From assembly GCA_965214935.1 (NCBI GenBank), contig CBDCCS010000022.1, positions 32,001 through 96,000 on the forward strand: a DNA stretch of 64,000 nt, in the 5' to 3' direction. Every line of letters begins with the position of its first letter. Position 1 is the stretch's first letter. A program made the translations under genes and the position numbers. This document shows, in pieces, positions 49,682-59,834 of this stretch. The notes under the pieces were generated by a model. The model searched no databases. It worked only from the letters and a program-made list of their open reading frames with translations, and was not told the DNA's origin. The stretch comes from Candidatus Velthaea sp. Its GTDB lineage: Bacteria > Vulcanimicrobiota > Vulcanimicrobiia > Vulcanimicrobiales > Vulcanimicrobiaceae.

Positions 49682-52119
49682 CAATGATCGTCCTTCCTGT
49701 TGTCGCTGGCAACCATTCGACGCCGCCCGTTCTCGTCCGTTTCGGTAACCGATACTTGCCCGAGCGCATCGAGATAACGCCGATGGCGATCGAGTGAAAT
49801 CTGACCGCGAACGGAACACCATTGCGCATCGAGCACGTCACGACCGTCCGCGCCGTCGATTTCGTACGATAGCGAATCGGCGCTACCGGGATTGGTCGCC
49901 ATCGGCACGTTGCTTCGCAGCGCGGTGAACTTCGAGACGAGCGGTTGACGCGCAAATGCATCGACGATCGGTGTTGCCGCCTCATCGTAGACGTTGAGCG
50001 GTGGAACGTCGAAGAGCAGCTCGACCGTCCGCAAGACCGACGTCTGACTGTAATGCGTGTGACTCACGAACGAACGCCGGATCGATGGTCCAATGGCAAA
50101 CGCCGGCATCCGATGCGAGTCGACATGATCGCCGGTGCCTTGTGCATCGTCGCACGTTACAAACACGACCGTATCGCGCCATTCCGGCCGGCGTGACAGG
50201 CCCGCTACGATCTGCCCGAGCGCAGCATCGTTATCGGCGACATACGAAGGCGGCGTCAAAAAACCCGGCTTTGCGCCTGCAGTATGATCGGTCGGCAACG
50301 TCAGGTACGAATACTGAGCAAGACCATGGGCGCCGACGTCGCGCAAAAATAGCTTCGCCCGGTCGGTGTCGAGGACGCCGAAGTCAATATGCGCGCCGGG
50401 ATAGTCGCGATCGGCATGCTCGGCCAAGCCGGGCGCTATGCGGCCGTCCGGCAACATCGTCATTTGCTCGCCGTACACACGGAACGAGATGTTGCGGCGT
50501 GCGAGCGCGTCGATGAGTTCGCCGCGCGGCCCGAACACGGCACTGACATTGGTGCGCGGACCTTTCGGCAAGTCGGCTAAGTCCGTAAACCAGTCGTAAT
50601 CCATGTCGGCCGGTTTGACGGTATCTTCGCCGCCGAGCGGATACGGCCAGATCGACGACGCGACTCGTCCGTGTGCGTCGGCTTGCGAATCGTCGCGCAA
50701 ATGCGCGTTGCGCTCGTGATAATCGTTGGCCATGCCCTGCGTGGTCCACGCGTGCCCGTAAATGCTGGCTTCACCGTCCGACATAAAGTTGTCGAACAGT
50801 GTATACTTCTCGGCTAGCAGATGAGCGTTCGGTGTAAATTTACGGCCGAAGAGCACCAGCTCCGGATCGCCGTCGACGTTCGGTTCGTCGCCGAACTCTT
50901 CATCGAAGTGCTTGTTCTCACGGACGATGAAAACGACGTGTTTGACCGGCGGTAGGCTACTGCGTGCCGGAGTCACGCTGCCGAAGCGGTCGTTGGCCGC
51001 AACGCGTGCCGACCAGCCGCCGAGCAGCGCCGGTTCGACCGCGAGATGCTGCACCGTGCCGGTATACGTGCCGTCCCATTCCCCCGCCGGGTCGGCTTGT
51101 GAACCAAATCCCTGGGCGTTGAGAACCCAAAGCTGTGCTTTGGTGCGCGGATCTTTCGCTGCAACCGTCGCACCGCTTAAAAAGGCGACGTCGGTTGGGT
51201 ACCAGCCGGTCGGAATGCGTCCGCGCACGTTGCCCGTCCCGACATCGATGACTGCAACGTCGTTGAAGCCCGATTCAGCGACGTACAGCGTGAGCCGATC
51301 GTCGGAAAGCGCCATGCCGGCAGGCGTTTGGCCCGGCGGCGCAGCGGCACGAATCGCTAAATCGTAACGGCGCGTTACGCGCAGTGACGCATCGATCGCG
51401 ACGACATCGTGGCCGTCCGCGTCGGCAACGTAGGCCTTGTCGCCGGCGGCGAGCAGCGCCGTCGGATGCGGTCCGGTGACGATATCGACCGGATCGTTGT
51501 CGCCGTCGCGCCAAGCTTCGACGCGATCGCTATTATAGAGCGTCGTGATGACCGTTGGGCCGAAAAACGCCACGGCGTAAGGCTGTCCGACCGTCGCATG
51601 TCGCGCGAGCACGGCACCGGTTTGATTGTCGAGCACGACGATCTGCTGGTTCGCCGAACGCGCAACGGCAATTCGATGGTCGAGCGGATCTTCGGCGATC
51701 CCGTTGATGAGCCCGGAATCGACTTGCAAATCGACGAGCTTCGTGAATGCGGGTGCCGTCTTGGATGCGATTGCATCGTACGCGTAACGCGTGACGGTGC
51801 CCGTGTAACCGCGCGTAACGAACAAACCGTCCGACGTCCAAGCCAGTCCGCTCGCGGACGGAACGTTGAGACGTTCGCGCAGCATCGATCCGGCGGTGGA
51901 GATGACGTCGACGGCACCGCCTTGCAGCGAAACCACGGCAAGCCATCGACGGTCGGGCGAAAGCGCCTCGGCACATGCAAAACCTTCAACGGGAATGGTA
52001 AAACCGACCGGATCGATATGCCGTCCGTCGGGAATCGTCGTCGCTGCGTAGGCGCCCGATGCAAAGCAGGCACCAACGCCGAGCGCGATACACGCCGCGT
52101 ACACTTTGAACGTACTCAC
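49681..52119 (-). CDS. Secreted YncE/YVTN beta-propeller fused to phosphoesterase (alkaline phosphatase-like) domain
   Basis: Signal peptide; LYVAESGFNDVAVID, GRIPTGWYP; KHVVFIVRENK.FD, DHT, DDAQG..DHVDSHR. Confidence 0.85.
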   Translation of the reverse strand: MSTFKVYAACIALGVGACFASGAYAATTIPDGRHIDPVGFTIPVEGFACAEALSPDRRWLAVVSLQGGAVDVISTAGSMLRERLNVPSASGLAWTSDGLFVTRGYTGTVTRYAYDAIASKTAPAFTKLVDLQVDSGLINGIAEDPLDHRIAVARSANQQIVVLDNQTGAVLARHATVGQPYAVAFFGPTVITTLYNSDRVEAWRDGDNDPVDIVTGPHPTALLAAGDKAYVADADGHDVVAIDASLRVTRRYDLAIRAAAPPGQTPAGMALSDDRLTLYVAESGFNDVAVIDVGTGNVRGRIPTGWYPTDVAFLSGATVAAKDPRTKAQLWVLNAQGFGSQADPAGEWDGTYTGTVQHLAVEPALLGGWSARVAANDRFGSVTPARSSLPPVKHVVFIVRENKHFDEEFGDEPNVDGDPELVLFGRKFTPNAHLLAEKYTLFDNFMSDGEASIYGHAWTTQGMANDYHERNAHLRDDSQADAHGRVASSIWPYPLGGEDTVKPADMDYDWFTDLADLPKGPRTNVSAVFGPRGELIDALARRNISFRVYGEQMTMLPDGRIAPGLAEHADRDYPGAHIDFGVLDTDRAKLFLRDVGAHGLAQYSYLTLPTDHTAGAKPGFLTPPSYVADNDAALGQIVAGLSRRPEWRDTVVFVTCDDAQGTGDHVDSHRMPAFAIGPSIRRSFVSHTHYSQTSVLRTVELLFDVPPLNVYDEAATPIVDAFARQPLVSKFTALRSNVPMATNPGSADSLSYEIDGADGRDVLDAQWCSVRGQISLDRHRRYLDALGQVSVTETDENGRRRMVASDNRKDDH

Positions 52120-52125
52120 ACGGCA

Positions 52126-52167
52126 ACGCTACGGCGCTTGTATGAACGTTCGATTAAGACAATCGAA
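52126..52167 (-). promoter_or_regulatory. Possible Pho-box-like promoter; overlapping 7-5-7 palindrome
   Basis: Minus strand TTAAT-N6-TTCAT (11-bp period), 10 nt, TAGCGT, 6 nt, GTG; TTCGATT-N5-AATCGAA at 52149-52167. Confidence 0.35.
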
Positions 52168-52201
52168 GAGTTTTCCGTTCAGCTGCGTATAGTCAGCATC
52201 G

Positions 52202-55200
52202 ATGCGTCTGTTCGTGCGGCGTTTGTTTGTTGTTTGGCTTGTTGCAATCGCGTTCGGCGGCGTAACGCTGCGTGCATACGGTGCCGAAGTCGCACCAAGT
52301 CCGGCGCCGGTGCCGAGCGCCTCGCCGGGCAATGGACTCGTGTGGCGCAACATCGGCCCGAGCGCTGCAGGCGGCCGCGTCGCCGCGGTCACCGGCTCCA
52401 CGCGCGATCCGGAGCTTTTCTACATCGGAACCGCCGGCGGCGGCGTTTGGAAAAGCACGAACGGCGCGATCGACTGGCACCCCGTTTTCGACGCGACGGG
52501 CGTTTCATCGATCGGCGCAATAACAATCTCACCGCTCGATAAAGAGACGGTCTGGGTCGGCACCGGCGAAGCTTGGCCGCGTAATGATGTGATCGCCGGA
52601 AACGGCTTGTATCTCAGCGTCGACGGCGGCCAAACCTGGAAGCATCGCGGCTTGGACGGCACGTCGCAAATCGCACGCATTGTGCTCGATCCGCGCAATC
52701 CGCAACGCATCCTCGTCGCGGCGCTGGGCAGCCCGTTCGCCGATAGCGACGAGCGCGGCGTCTACCGCAGCGACGACGGCGGGCAAACCTGGCATAAAAC
52801 GCTTTTCCTTGCACGCGATACCGGCGCATCGGACCTCGTGCTCGACCCGCTGCATCCCGACGTCGTGTATGCCGGGATGTGGCGCTTCCGGCGCTCGGCG
52901 TGGCACCTCACGAGCGGCGGCACGGACGACGGTGTTTATAAATCGACCGACGGCGGCCAAACCTGGCACCGCTTGACCGGAGCCGGTTTGCCGAAGGGGC
53001 CGCTCGGCCGGATCGGCTTGGCGGTGGCGCCCAGCGATCCAAATCGTATTTACGCGCTCATTGAATCCGACGCGGGCTTACTCTGGCGGTCGGACGATGC
53101 GGGCGCGCATTGGACGCTGCGTTCAACGAATACGCTCATCAACGAACGGCCGTTTTATTACAGCCGGATCGTTGTCGATCCGCACGATCCCAATCATCTT
53201 TTTTCGGTCTCCGTGCATTTGGCGCAAAGCTATGACGGCGGAGCTTCATGGCATCTATCGGGGCGCAACGTGCACGGCGATCATCATGATGTGTGGATGT
53301 CCGCCGATGGATCGGTTGCACTCGACGGAAACGACGGCGGTCCGGCACTATCACGGGACGGCGGCAAGACATGGAATGCCCGCCGCGCCTTGACCACCGC
53401 GCAGGTGTATCATGTCGGTTTCGACCGGCGCAATCCATATTGGGTGTGTGCCGGCTTGCAAGATAACGGGACCTGGTGTGCACCGAATACAACCGGTGAC
53501 GAACGCGGAATACTCCCTGGGGATTGGGTCCGCGTGGCGGGCGGCGACGGCACCTGGGTATGGCCCGATCCACTCGATCCGACGATTGTTTTTGCGTCGA
53601 GCGGCGGCGGGGATAACGGCGGCGAACTTAGCCGGTTCGCACTTTCGACCCAGACCGGGAGCGACGTCTCACCGTATCTACGCGATCAAAACGTCGTGGC
53701 GCCGCGCGATCTGCAATACCGTTTTAATTGGGAAGCACCGATTGCATTTTCACCGTTCGAGCCGGACACCGCCTACTATGGTGCAAACGTCGTTTTTCGC
53801 TCGAAGGACCGCGGCAATACGTGGCAGGCGATCAGTCCGGATCTAACGCGGAATATGCGCGAGCGCCAAGGCCTGTCCGGGACGCCGTTGCGCTTGGATG
53901 TAACGGGCGCTGAAACGTTCGACACGATCTTGGATATCGCGCTGTCGCCGATTGCACGCAATTTGATGTGGGTCGGTACGGATGACGGCAACGTGGCCTT
54001 GACGCGCGACGGCGGCGCGACCTGGATCGCTGCACCGATTCCCGGACTCGATGCGGATTCGCGGGTCGTCGCCATCGAGGCTTCGCATGCGTCAGCCGGT
54101 CGGGCCTACGTAACGGTCGACCGGCATTACGTGGGCGATATGCGACCCTACGTTTACGAGACGGACAACTACGGTGCTGCGTGGCGTATGATTTCGGCCG
54201 GCCTCGATCAAAGCGACTTCGTCCACGTCGTGCGCGAAGATCCGCACAACGCCGCCCTGTTGGTATGCGGCACCGAACACGGCATTTTCTGGAGTGCGAA
54301 TCGCGGCGAAGCCTGGTCGGCCTTTCCCGCTCGGCTACCGCCGTCGTCGGTTCACGATCTGCGGATCGTTCCAAGTAGCGGCGACATTATCGCCGGAACG
54401 CACGGACGCGGCGTCTGGATTTTCGACGACCTGCGGCCACTCGAGCAGCATGCAGCGGAAGCAACGGCGACCGCCGCACTCTTTCCGCCGCGCGATGCAA
54501 TGGCACTCGAGCGGTCGACGACGACCACCGCGACCCGCGGCGCCGGTACGGCCATCGCCGGCCCCGCGCTTTTAACGTTTTATCAACGCGGGCCGGCCGC
54601 CGCATCGCCGGCGTTGGAAATCGTCGACCGGTTCGGGCATACCGTCAGGCACCTCAACGGCACGCATGACGTCGATGGAGCGGACGTCCCGGTCGTCCCG
54701 AACAGCGCCGGATTCAATCGCGTGGCTTGGGATCTCACCGGTGATCCGCCGACGCCATGGGCGCGTGCGCCAAAGTGGAATCGCGGTCCGGAGCGCGGCG
54801 TCCCGCTTCTCTCCGGGTCGTACACCGTGGTGTTGCACCGCGACGGGGCCGAATTCCGCGCCCCGCTGCGCGTCGTAGCGGATCGCCGAATCGTCGCTAA
54901 CGAAAGCGACGAGCGACGCGCAAACGCCTATACGGCGATGATCTCAAGCGAGATATCCATTGTTGACGACGCGCTCAACACGCTAGACAACCTGCGCTTG
55001 CAACTACCGGCCCGCATACGTTCGGTAGAAACGAACAGCGGGCATTCGCCTTTGTCAACGCGCCTGCACGGCGCGTTGGTGCAATCGGCCGAACTTGAAA
55101 ACGTCTTGACGTCGAATCCGCAGAATAGCCAGGACGACGACTTTCTGCGCGACGTCTTACGCGAACGGCTACTGACGCTCTTGCAAAATGCACCGCGTTC

Positions 55201-55417
55201 GGCACCGACTGCCGAGCAGTGGCGCGAAGGTCGCGCCTTGACGAGCGAGACGAACGACGAACTCGCGCGTTATCGGACGTTCTTTGAGACCGCGGTTGTA
55301 CCGATCGAACGAGAGCTCGAGCGCTCCGGACTACCACTCGATCTAAGCGACAGACCCCGACCAGATGCAATCGGTCCGGAGGTCGACGAGCGCGCTGCGC
55401 GCCGGACCGAAGAATAA
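52202..55417 (+). CDS. Large secreted BNR/Asp-box (VPS10/sortilin-like) beta-propeller protein
   Basis: WRNIGP..GGRV, many S-x-D-G-G-x-T-W boxes, GLQDNG, RFNW, THGRG. Confidence 0.9.
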   Translation: MRLFVRRLFVVWLVAIAFGGVTLRAYGAEVAPSPAPVPSASPGNGLVWRNIGPSAAGGRVAAVTGSTRDPELFYIGTAGGGVWKSTNGAIDWHPVFDATGVSSIGAITISPLDKETVWVGTGEAWPRNDVIAGNGLYLSVDGGQTWKHRGLDGTSQIARIVLDPRNPQRILVAALGSPFADSDERGVYRSDDGGQTWHKTLFLARDTGASDLVLDPLHPDVVYAGMWRFRRSAWHLTSGGTDDGVYKSTDGGQTWHRLTGAGLPKGPLGRIGLAVAPSDPNRIYALIESDAGLLWRSDDAGAHWTLRSTNTLINERPFYYSRIVVDPHDPNHLFSVSVHLAQSYDGGASWHLSGRNVHGDHHDVWMSADGSVALDGNDGGPALSRDGGKTWNARRALTTAQVYHVGFDRRNPYWVCAGLQDNGTWCAPNTTGDERGILPGDWVRVAGGDGTWVWPDPLDPTIVFASSGGGDNGGELSRFALSTQTGSDVSPYLRDQNVVAPRDLQYRFNWEAPIAFSPFEPDTAYYGANVVFRSKDRGNTWQAISPDLTRNMRERQGLSGTPLRLDVTGAETFDTILDIALSPIARNLMWVGTDDGNVALTRDGGATWIAAPIPGLDADSRVVAIEASHASAGRAYVTVDRHYVGDMRPYVYETDNYGAAWRMISAGLDQSDFVHVVREDPHNAALLVCGTEHGIFWSANRGEAWSAFPARLPPSSVHDLRIVPSSGDIIAGTHGRGVWIFDDLRPLEQHAAEATATAALFPPRDAMALERSTTTTATRGAGTAIAGPALLTFYQRGPAAASPALEIVDRFGHTVRHLNGTHDVDGADVPVVPNSAGFNRVAWDLTGDPPTPWARAPKWNRGPERGVPLLSGSYTVVLHRDGAEFRAPLRVVADRRIVANESDERRANAYTAMISSEISIVDDALNTLDNLRLQLPARIRSVETNSGHSPLSTRLHGALVQSAELENVLTSNPQNSQDDDFLRDVLRERLLTLLQNAPRSAPTAEQWREGRALTSETNDELARYRTFFETAVVPIERELERSGLPLDLSDRPRPDAIGPEVDERAARRTEE

Positions 55418-55440
55418 AGGCCGCCGTTACCGGCGACCTT
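55417..55440 (-). terminator. Hairpin between convergent genes
   Basis: Minus strand AAGGTCGCCG-GTAA-CGGCGGCCTT followed by TATT. Confidence 0.5.
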
Positions 55441-55463
55441 GCAGTCTTGCTTCGAAACGGAAC

Positions 55464-56084
55464 TTATTTCGCGGGCTGCCATGCCGCATGAGTGATCCGC
55501 GTGGACAACTCGGCGGCACTCACGCGCACGTTTTCGCCGTCGTCTTTTAGCTCTTGAAGCACGACGAGCGGAATAGCCGTACTGATTCGGATGACCAACG
55601 GTGCCAGCTGGCTTAGATGCTGCTCGGCGAGCCCGGCGACGCTTTCATCACCGAGCCCCAAGGCCGTTGCGTGGAGCATCGTGTAGCTGATGGACGCCAG
55701 ACTTAGCGCCGTATAGTCATCGCGCAAACTTTTCGAGACCTTCGTTTTGCGCGTGCTGTCGATAGCGGCTGCGCCGGCCCCGAGGAAAGCCGACCAGGCA
55801 GATTTTATGCCTGAGGCCGGATGGCCGCCAAGTTTTTCTAGATGCAGTTCAAGTGCAGTGCGTTGCGATGCCGTAACGTCTTTAATTTCATTGATGATTG
55901 CGAAAGCTTGCGCATATTCCGATGTATCATCAACGTTCAACTGCTGTTTGACCGGGACTTCGATGTGCGTGATGAGCGCGAGCAAATCGCTTACATACGT
56001 CTGAAGCGCGTGACGGTCGTTCCCGTCGCCCTCGAACGCATCGTATTTAACGCTCGTGCTTGTCGTATCTGTCGTTTCGCTCAT
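55464..56084 (-). CDS. Ferritin-like stress protein (DUF892/YciE-like)
   Basis: LQTYVSDLLAL..HI, LE.HLEKLGG, LRDDYTAL....ISYTMLHATA. Confidence 0.75.
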   Translation of the reverse strand: MSETTDTTSTSVKYDAFEGDGNDRHALQTYVSDLLALITHIEVPVKQQLNVDDTSEYAQAFAIINEIKDVTASQRTALELHLEKLGGHPASGIKSAWSAFLGAGAAAIDSTRKTKVSKSLRDDYTALSLASISYTMLHATALGLGDESVAGLAEQHLSQLAPLVIRISTAIPLVVLQELKDDGENVRVSAAELSTRITHAAWQPAK

Positions 56085-56093
56085 AGACGATTA

Positions 56094-56119
56094 CTACCCA
56101 GCGGGTTTAGCGCTCAACC
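56094..56119 (-). promoter_or_regulatory. SigB/SigF-type stress promoter
   Basis: GGTTGA-N14-GGGTAG, 9 nt before the ATG. Confidence 0.5.
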
Positions 56120-56313
56120 GCCGTGCCGCTACGCAGGGCCGGCTCGGACGGAGCGCAACCAAGCCAGGTCCGATGAATCGCTTCGCGTTCGACTTCGAGC
56201 AAACCGTCGATGACTTCACGGGTAACTGCCGCGCACGTGCACTTCGAACAGCCTTGATTACTATGCGCTTCGAGGGTGTGCGAGCACGGGCAAAAGATAA
56301 AGCGGTCTAACAT
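56107..56313 (-). CDS. 68-aa Cys/His-rich putative zinc-binding protein
   Basis: CPCSH....H....CSKCTC; GGAG SD. Confidence 0.55.
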   Translation of the reverse strand: MLDRFIFCPCSHTLEAHSNQGCSKCTCAAVTREVIDGLLEVEREAIHRTWLGCAPSEPALRSGTAVER

Positions 56314-56639
56314 CGGCAGATCTCCAACTATGCGTGCAACCCCACCAACGGTCGTATTGCCCGCGCCACTGAAATGTTAACGCAATAGCCGCTCGCCTTC
56401 TCGGTGATCGCGACGCGATCGGGCAGCGTTGCGTGGTCCACGTCGCTTAATGGGGAGGAGAAAAGGCTCGGCTTCGATCGAGCCGAACGCATTCTCAAGC
56501 GATGTTCGCTCGTTCGGCGGTTTGTGCCGAGCGCCGTTTTTTCGTCCGCCTCCGGAGAACCGTTATGAGTGCAGTACGTACGAATTCCGAGTCGCCGGCG
56601 AAACATTCGGCGAGTGGACGCGGTAAGGGCTGACAATCG

Positions 56640-58106
56640 ATGGCCCTTCCTGTTGCGCCGCACGCCGGCCGTAACCGCGGTGCACTCACGTTAACCGTTG
56701 GTTTCATCGTGCTGCTCGCATCTGCGATTTGGCTTTATTGGACGGTCGTCGGAGCGGCCGCGTATCAACAGCACGTTCGGTTCGCACAACGCGAACGCAG
56801 CATCGTTTTCCGCCAGATGATCGATCAGGAAACGAGTATGCGCGGCTTTACGAGTACGGGACAAATCGAGTTTCTCATCCCCTACGGCCAATCGCAAGCG
56901 TCGATCGATGGGTCGTTCAACGAACTTCGGATCGCCCTGCGCCAGTTGCAAACAAGCTCACTGCTAGCGGTCGTCGACGATGAGGTGCGACTGCATAATC
57001 GCTGGCACGATACGGTCGCTGCACCATTGCTGGCAAATCGCGAGCGCCACGACGCGCTCGCCCTCCAATTTGCCGGCAAGCGCATCGTCGATGCATTTCG
57101 CGTCGACGATGCAATCATCGACAACGGTGTCGGCGGCGCCGCGGCAGACGCCGACCGCGCCGTCACGGTCACGGTCATCCGCATCGCCATAGCGACCGGC
57201 GCGCTCGGGCTTACGTTCCTGTTGGCCTACTTCGTTTTTGCCGCGCAGCGGGCACGAATGCTGGCCGAAACGCTGCGGCAACGCATGCTCTACGAAAACG
57301 AAAAGCGGATCGCCGACGCGCTGCAGGCCGCCTTCGTGCAAAAGGCGCTGCCCATCATACCGAACCTCGGCTTTCATGCCAGCTACGTTCCGGCCGGCGC
57401 TGAAGCGCAAGTCGGCGGTGACTGGTACGACGCTTTCGAGCTTCCGAACGGCCGCATTCTTTTCTCGATCGGTGATGTTGCGGGGCACGGTATCGAAGCG
57501 GCCGTTATCATGAGCCGGGCACGACAAGCGATCATCTCCACCGCCTTACACGAAAGCGATCCTGCGATCGTTCTGCGCAAAGCCAACGAAACGATCATGC
57601 TGCAAGAACCGAAGATGGTAACGGCAATCTGCGGCTACATCGATCCGACGACCCTTGACATCACCTATGCAACCGCCGGTCATCCGCCGCCGATCCTCGC
57701 GTTTCGCGACGCCGAGCCCTACTTTCTCGAGCACGACGGATTGCCGCTGGGAATCTTACCGGATGTTTCGTTCCGTTCGTTTGTTGCTCGAGCGCGCGAA
57801 GGCGCACTGCTCGTGCTGTATACCGATGGCGTCATCGAACATAAACGCGATCTCATCGACGGCGAAAAAAGGCTACTCGAAGCAGCGCGCACAGCCGCCG
57901 TCGATAACGCAGCAGATCCCGCATCAAGCGTGCGCATGGCAATCTTCGCCGACAAATTGCCGGTTGACGACGTTGCGATCATGACCGTATCGTTTGCGGT
58001 GCGCGATCAAACGAGCGTAGCGACGGTCAATGCTTTCTCACTAAGCCGGTTGTCGGTCGCCGGTTCTGAAGACGGAGTTCCGACAATCGTTTCGAGACGC
58101 AGTTAG
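56640..58106 (+). CDS. CHASE3 sensor + PP2C/SpoIIE (RsbU-like) phosphatase
   Basis: Two TMs, DQETSMRGF..TG..EFL.PY; VGGDWYD, IGDVAGHG, AGHPPP, YTDG, DDVA. Confidence 0.92.
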   Translation: MALPVAPHAGRNRGALTLTVGFIVLLASAIWLYWTVVGAAAYQQHVRFAQRERSIVFRQMIDQETSMRGFTSTGQIEFLIPYGQSQASIDGSFNELRIALRQLQTSSLLAVVDDEVRLHNRWHDTVAAPLLANRERHDALALQFAGKRIVDAFRVDDAIIDNGVGGAAADADRAVTVTVIRIAIATGALGLTFLLAYFVFAAQRARMLAETLRQRMLYENEKRIADALQAAFVQKALPIIPNLGFHASYVPAGAEAQVGGDWYDAFELPNGRILFSIGDVAGHGIEAAVIMSRARQAIISTALHESDPAIVLRKANETIMLQEPKMVTAICGYIDPTTLDITYATAGHPPPILAFRDAEPYFLEHDGLPLGILPDVSFRSFVARAREGALLVLYTDGVIEHKRDLIDGEKRLLEAARTAAVDNAADPASSVRMAIFADKLPVDDVAIMTVSFAVRDQTSVATVNAFSLSRLSVAGSEDGVPTIVSRRS

Positions 58107-58111
58107 ATGCA

Positions 58112-58135
58112 GAAAAGCCGGGGTTCTCCCCGGCT
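58112..58135 (-). terminator. Intrinsic terminator
   Basis: AGCCGGGG-TTCT-CCCCGGCT stem with T-tract on the minus strand. Confidence 0.7.
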
Positions 58136-58160
58136 CATCGCTCATTTTGTTTTGAGAACG

Positions 58161-58937
58161 TTATTTGGACTCGACGCGGCCCTTTGCGGCTTCTACGACA
58201 TCGTGCCCGTGCGTTTGGGCTGAGAATAACGCCGTGCTTACCGCGTTCTGCGCGGTCTCAGCAACGACGGCCTTACCGGCTTCAATAAGATCGTGCGTTG
58301 CGGCCTGCGCCTGATCGACAACCTTGTCGCGAATCGGTCCAAGCCGCTCGCGTTCGACATCGGAGACCGGCAGAAGCGAACCGGTTAAATAACCGAGGGC
58401 GAGCGCAACAAGCGCAAGACCGATCGGATTCTCGGTCGCAACGCCGACTGCACGCTGCGTCCCGCCGCGAACGTCGACCGATTGCAGTTTTGACGTTACA
58501 CCATCACTCAAATTTGCCATTCGATCCGTTACCTTCGAGGTTGCGCCACTTAAATTAGCGACGCTGTCATGAAGTTTCGCCGACGTAGCGTCGCTGATGT
58601 TCGCTACGCGGTCGGTCACTTTCGAGGCCGTCGAACTGCCAAGATTGCTGACCGTGTCTGCAACCTTCGCAACCGTTGCACTGACGGCACCGGTTCCACT
58701 GCTCGTCCCGCCGGCGGGGGCCGACGTATCACCGCCGCCGACCGCATTCTTGACATTGTCGATGACGTTCTCGACGACGTCGCTGACGTTGCCCTTGACG
58801 CTGTCGACCCGGTCGTTCAGCTCGTCCTTGACACGGGCGCCGACATCAGCCTTGTAACCGAGCGCCTCAACGGTATCGCCCATCCGCTCGCGCGTCGCTT
58901 CTATTTCTTGCTTGATTGTGCTCGCGTCTTTGCCCAT
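58161..58937 (-). CDS. DUF3618-domain protein with amphipathic repeats
   Basis: IKQEIEATRERMGDTVEALGYK, ENPIGLALVALALG.L.G.LLP. Confidence 0.85.
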   Translation of the reverse strand: MGKDASTIKQEIEATRERMGDTVEALGYKADVGARVKDELNDRVDSVKGNVSDVVENVIDNVKNAVGGGDTSAPAGGTSSGTGAVSATVAKVADTVSNLGSSTASKVTDRVANISDATSAKLHDSVANLSGATSKVTDRMANLSDGVTSKLQSVDVRGGTQRAVGVATENPIGLALVALALGYLTGSLLPVSDVERERLGPIRDKVVDQAQAATHDLIEAGKAVVAETAQNAVSTALFSAQTHGHDVVEAAKGRVESK

Positions 58938-59317
58938 TCAACATCTTCCTTTACAGATTGCGCCGTTTGTTCCGGTACGAGCGATGCGCCCGAGAGCTGC
59001 TTTTTACCGCGTAGCGCAGTTACGGCCACGACGATACCATAAACGATCGTTACGATGAGTGCCGCCGCCCAAACCGGCATAGCCAACGCCAGTGCCGCTA
59101 TAAAAACGGTCGTCAATGCACCGAAGGCGCCGACAGCGAAAACCGCCGCCACGCCGAACATGACGGCGCCCGACGTAATGACTTTGATCTTTTCATTCAG
59201 CTCAACTTTCGCCAACGCAATCTCTTGCCTGACGAGTGTCGTCGTTTCGGTCGATAATTGACGCAGAAGCTGAGGTATTGATTCTGTCTTTAACGACTCG
59301 ACGCGCTGCTCGTGCAT
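58901..59317 (-). CDS. Holin-X/YhjD-like small membrane protein
   Basis: SI.QL.RQLS....TLVRQEIALAKVEL, two TMs, VPEQT..SVKEDVEW. Confidence 0.85.
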   Translation of the reverse strand: MHEQRVESLKTESIPQLLRQLSTETTTLVRQEIALAKVELNEKIKVITSGAVMFGVAAVFAVGAFGALTTVFIAALALAMPVWAAALIVTIVYGIVVAVTALRGKKQLSGASLVPEQTAQSVKEDVEWAKTRAQSSKK

Positions 59318-59321
59318 TTAG

Positions 59322-59780
59322 CTACAATGCACTCGGCGAAGATGTCGGATTGACCGACGCGCTCTCGTATGCATAATCATCGGAATATTTCGCGACGTAA
59401 TCGGACGACTTCGAGCGACGCACGCTTGCGCTCTTGATCACACGCGCGGCAGCGAAGCCGAGCACCGCCGCCGACGCGGCAACGGCCCAAGGACGCTGCC
59501 GGCTAAATCCTTCGAGATCGGAAATGAACGCCGCGGTGTCGCCGTTCTCGAGATATGCGCCGGCAGTTTGAACGTAGCCGGCGGCCCAATCGGCTAACTG
59601 CGCCGCGCTGCCGATCGTACCGCTTTGGCGCAACTGATTGCCGACCTGCTCCAGATCGCGAGCAGTCTGCGTTACGGTCGTGCCAAGTACGTGAGCTTGT
59701 TTATCAATCTGCGCGACGATGATATTTTTCGACTTCTCAGCCGCCGCGCTCGCTGCATTCGTAATCGTCGTTTGATTCAT
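59322..59780 (-). CDS. Hypothetical tail-anchored stress protein (ElaB/YqjD-like)
   Basis: FSRQRPW..AASAAVLGFAAARVIKS; typical partner of holin-X and DUF3618. Confidence 0.7.
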   Translation of the reverse strand: MNQTTITNAASAAAEKSKNIIVAQIDKQAHVLGTTVTQTARDLEQVGNQLRQSGTIGSAAQLADWAAGYVQTAGAYLENGDTAAFISDLEGFSRQRPWAVAASAAVLGFAAARVIKSASVRRSKSSDYVAKYSDDYAYESASVNPTSSPSAL

Positions 59781-59788
59781 GCTGAACG

Positions 59789-59814
59789 ATACCCTCACTT
59801 CAGTTCGTTATGAC
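59789..59814 (-). promoter_or_regulatory. Possible SigB/SigF-type promoter
   Basis: GTCATA-N14-GGGTAT, 8 nt before ATG 59780. Confidence 0.4.
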
Positions 59815-59834
59815 GTAGCGATAGCTCGCTTCCT

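Noticed and set aside
58901..59317. Holin as evidence of a prophage
   Set aside because: Holin-X-like genes occur in stress operons with DUF3618; no phage genes nearby
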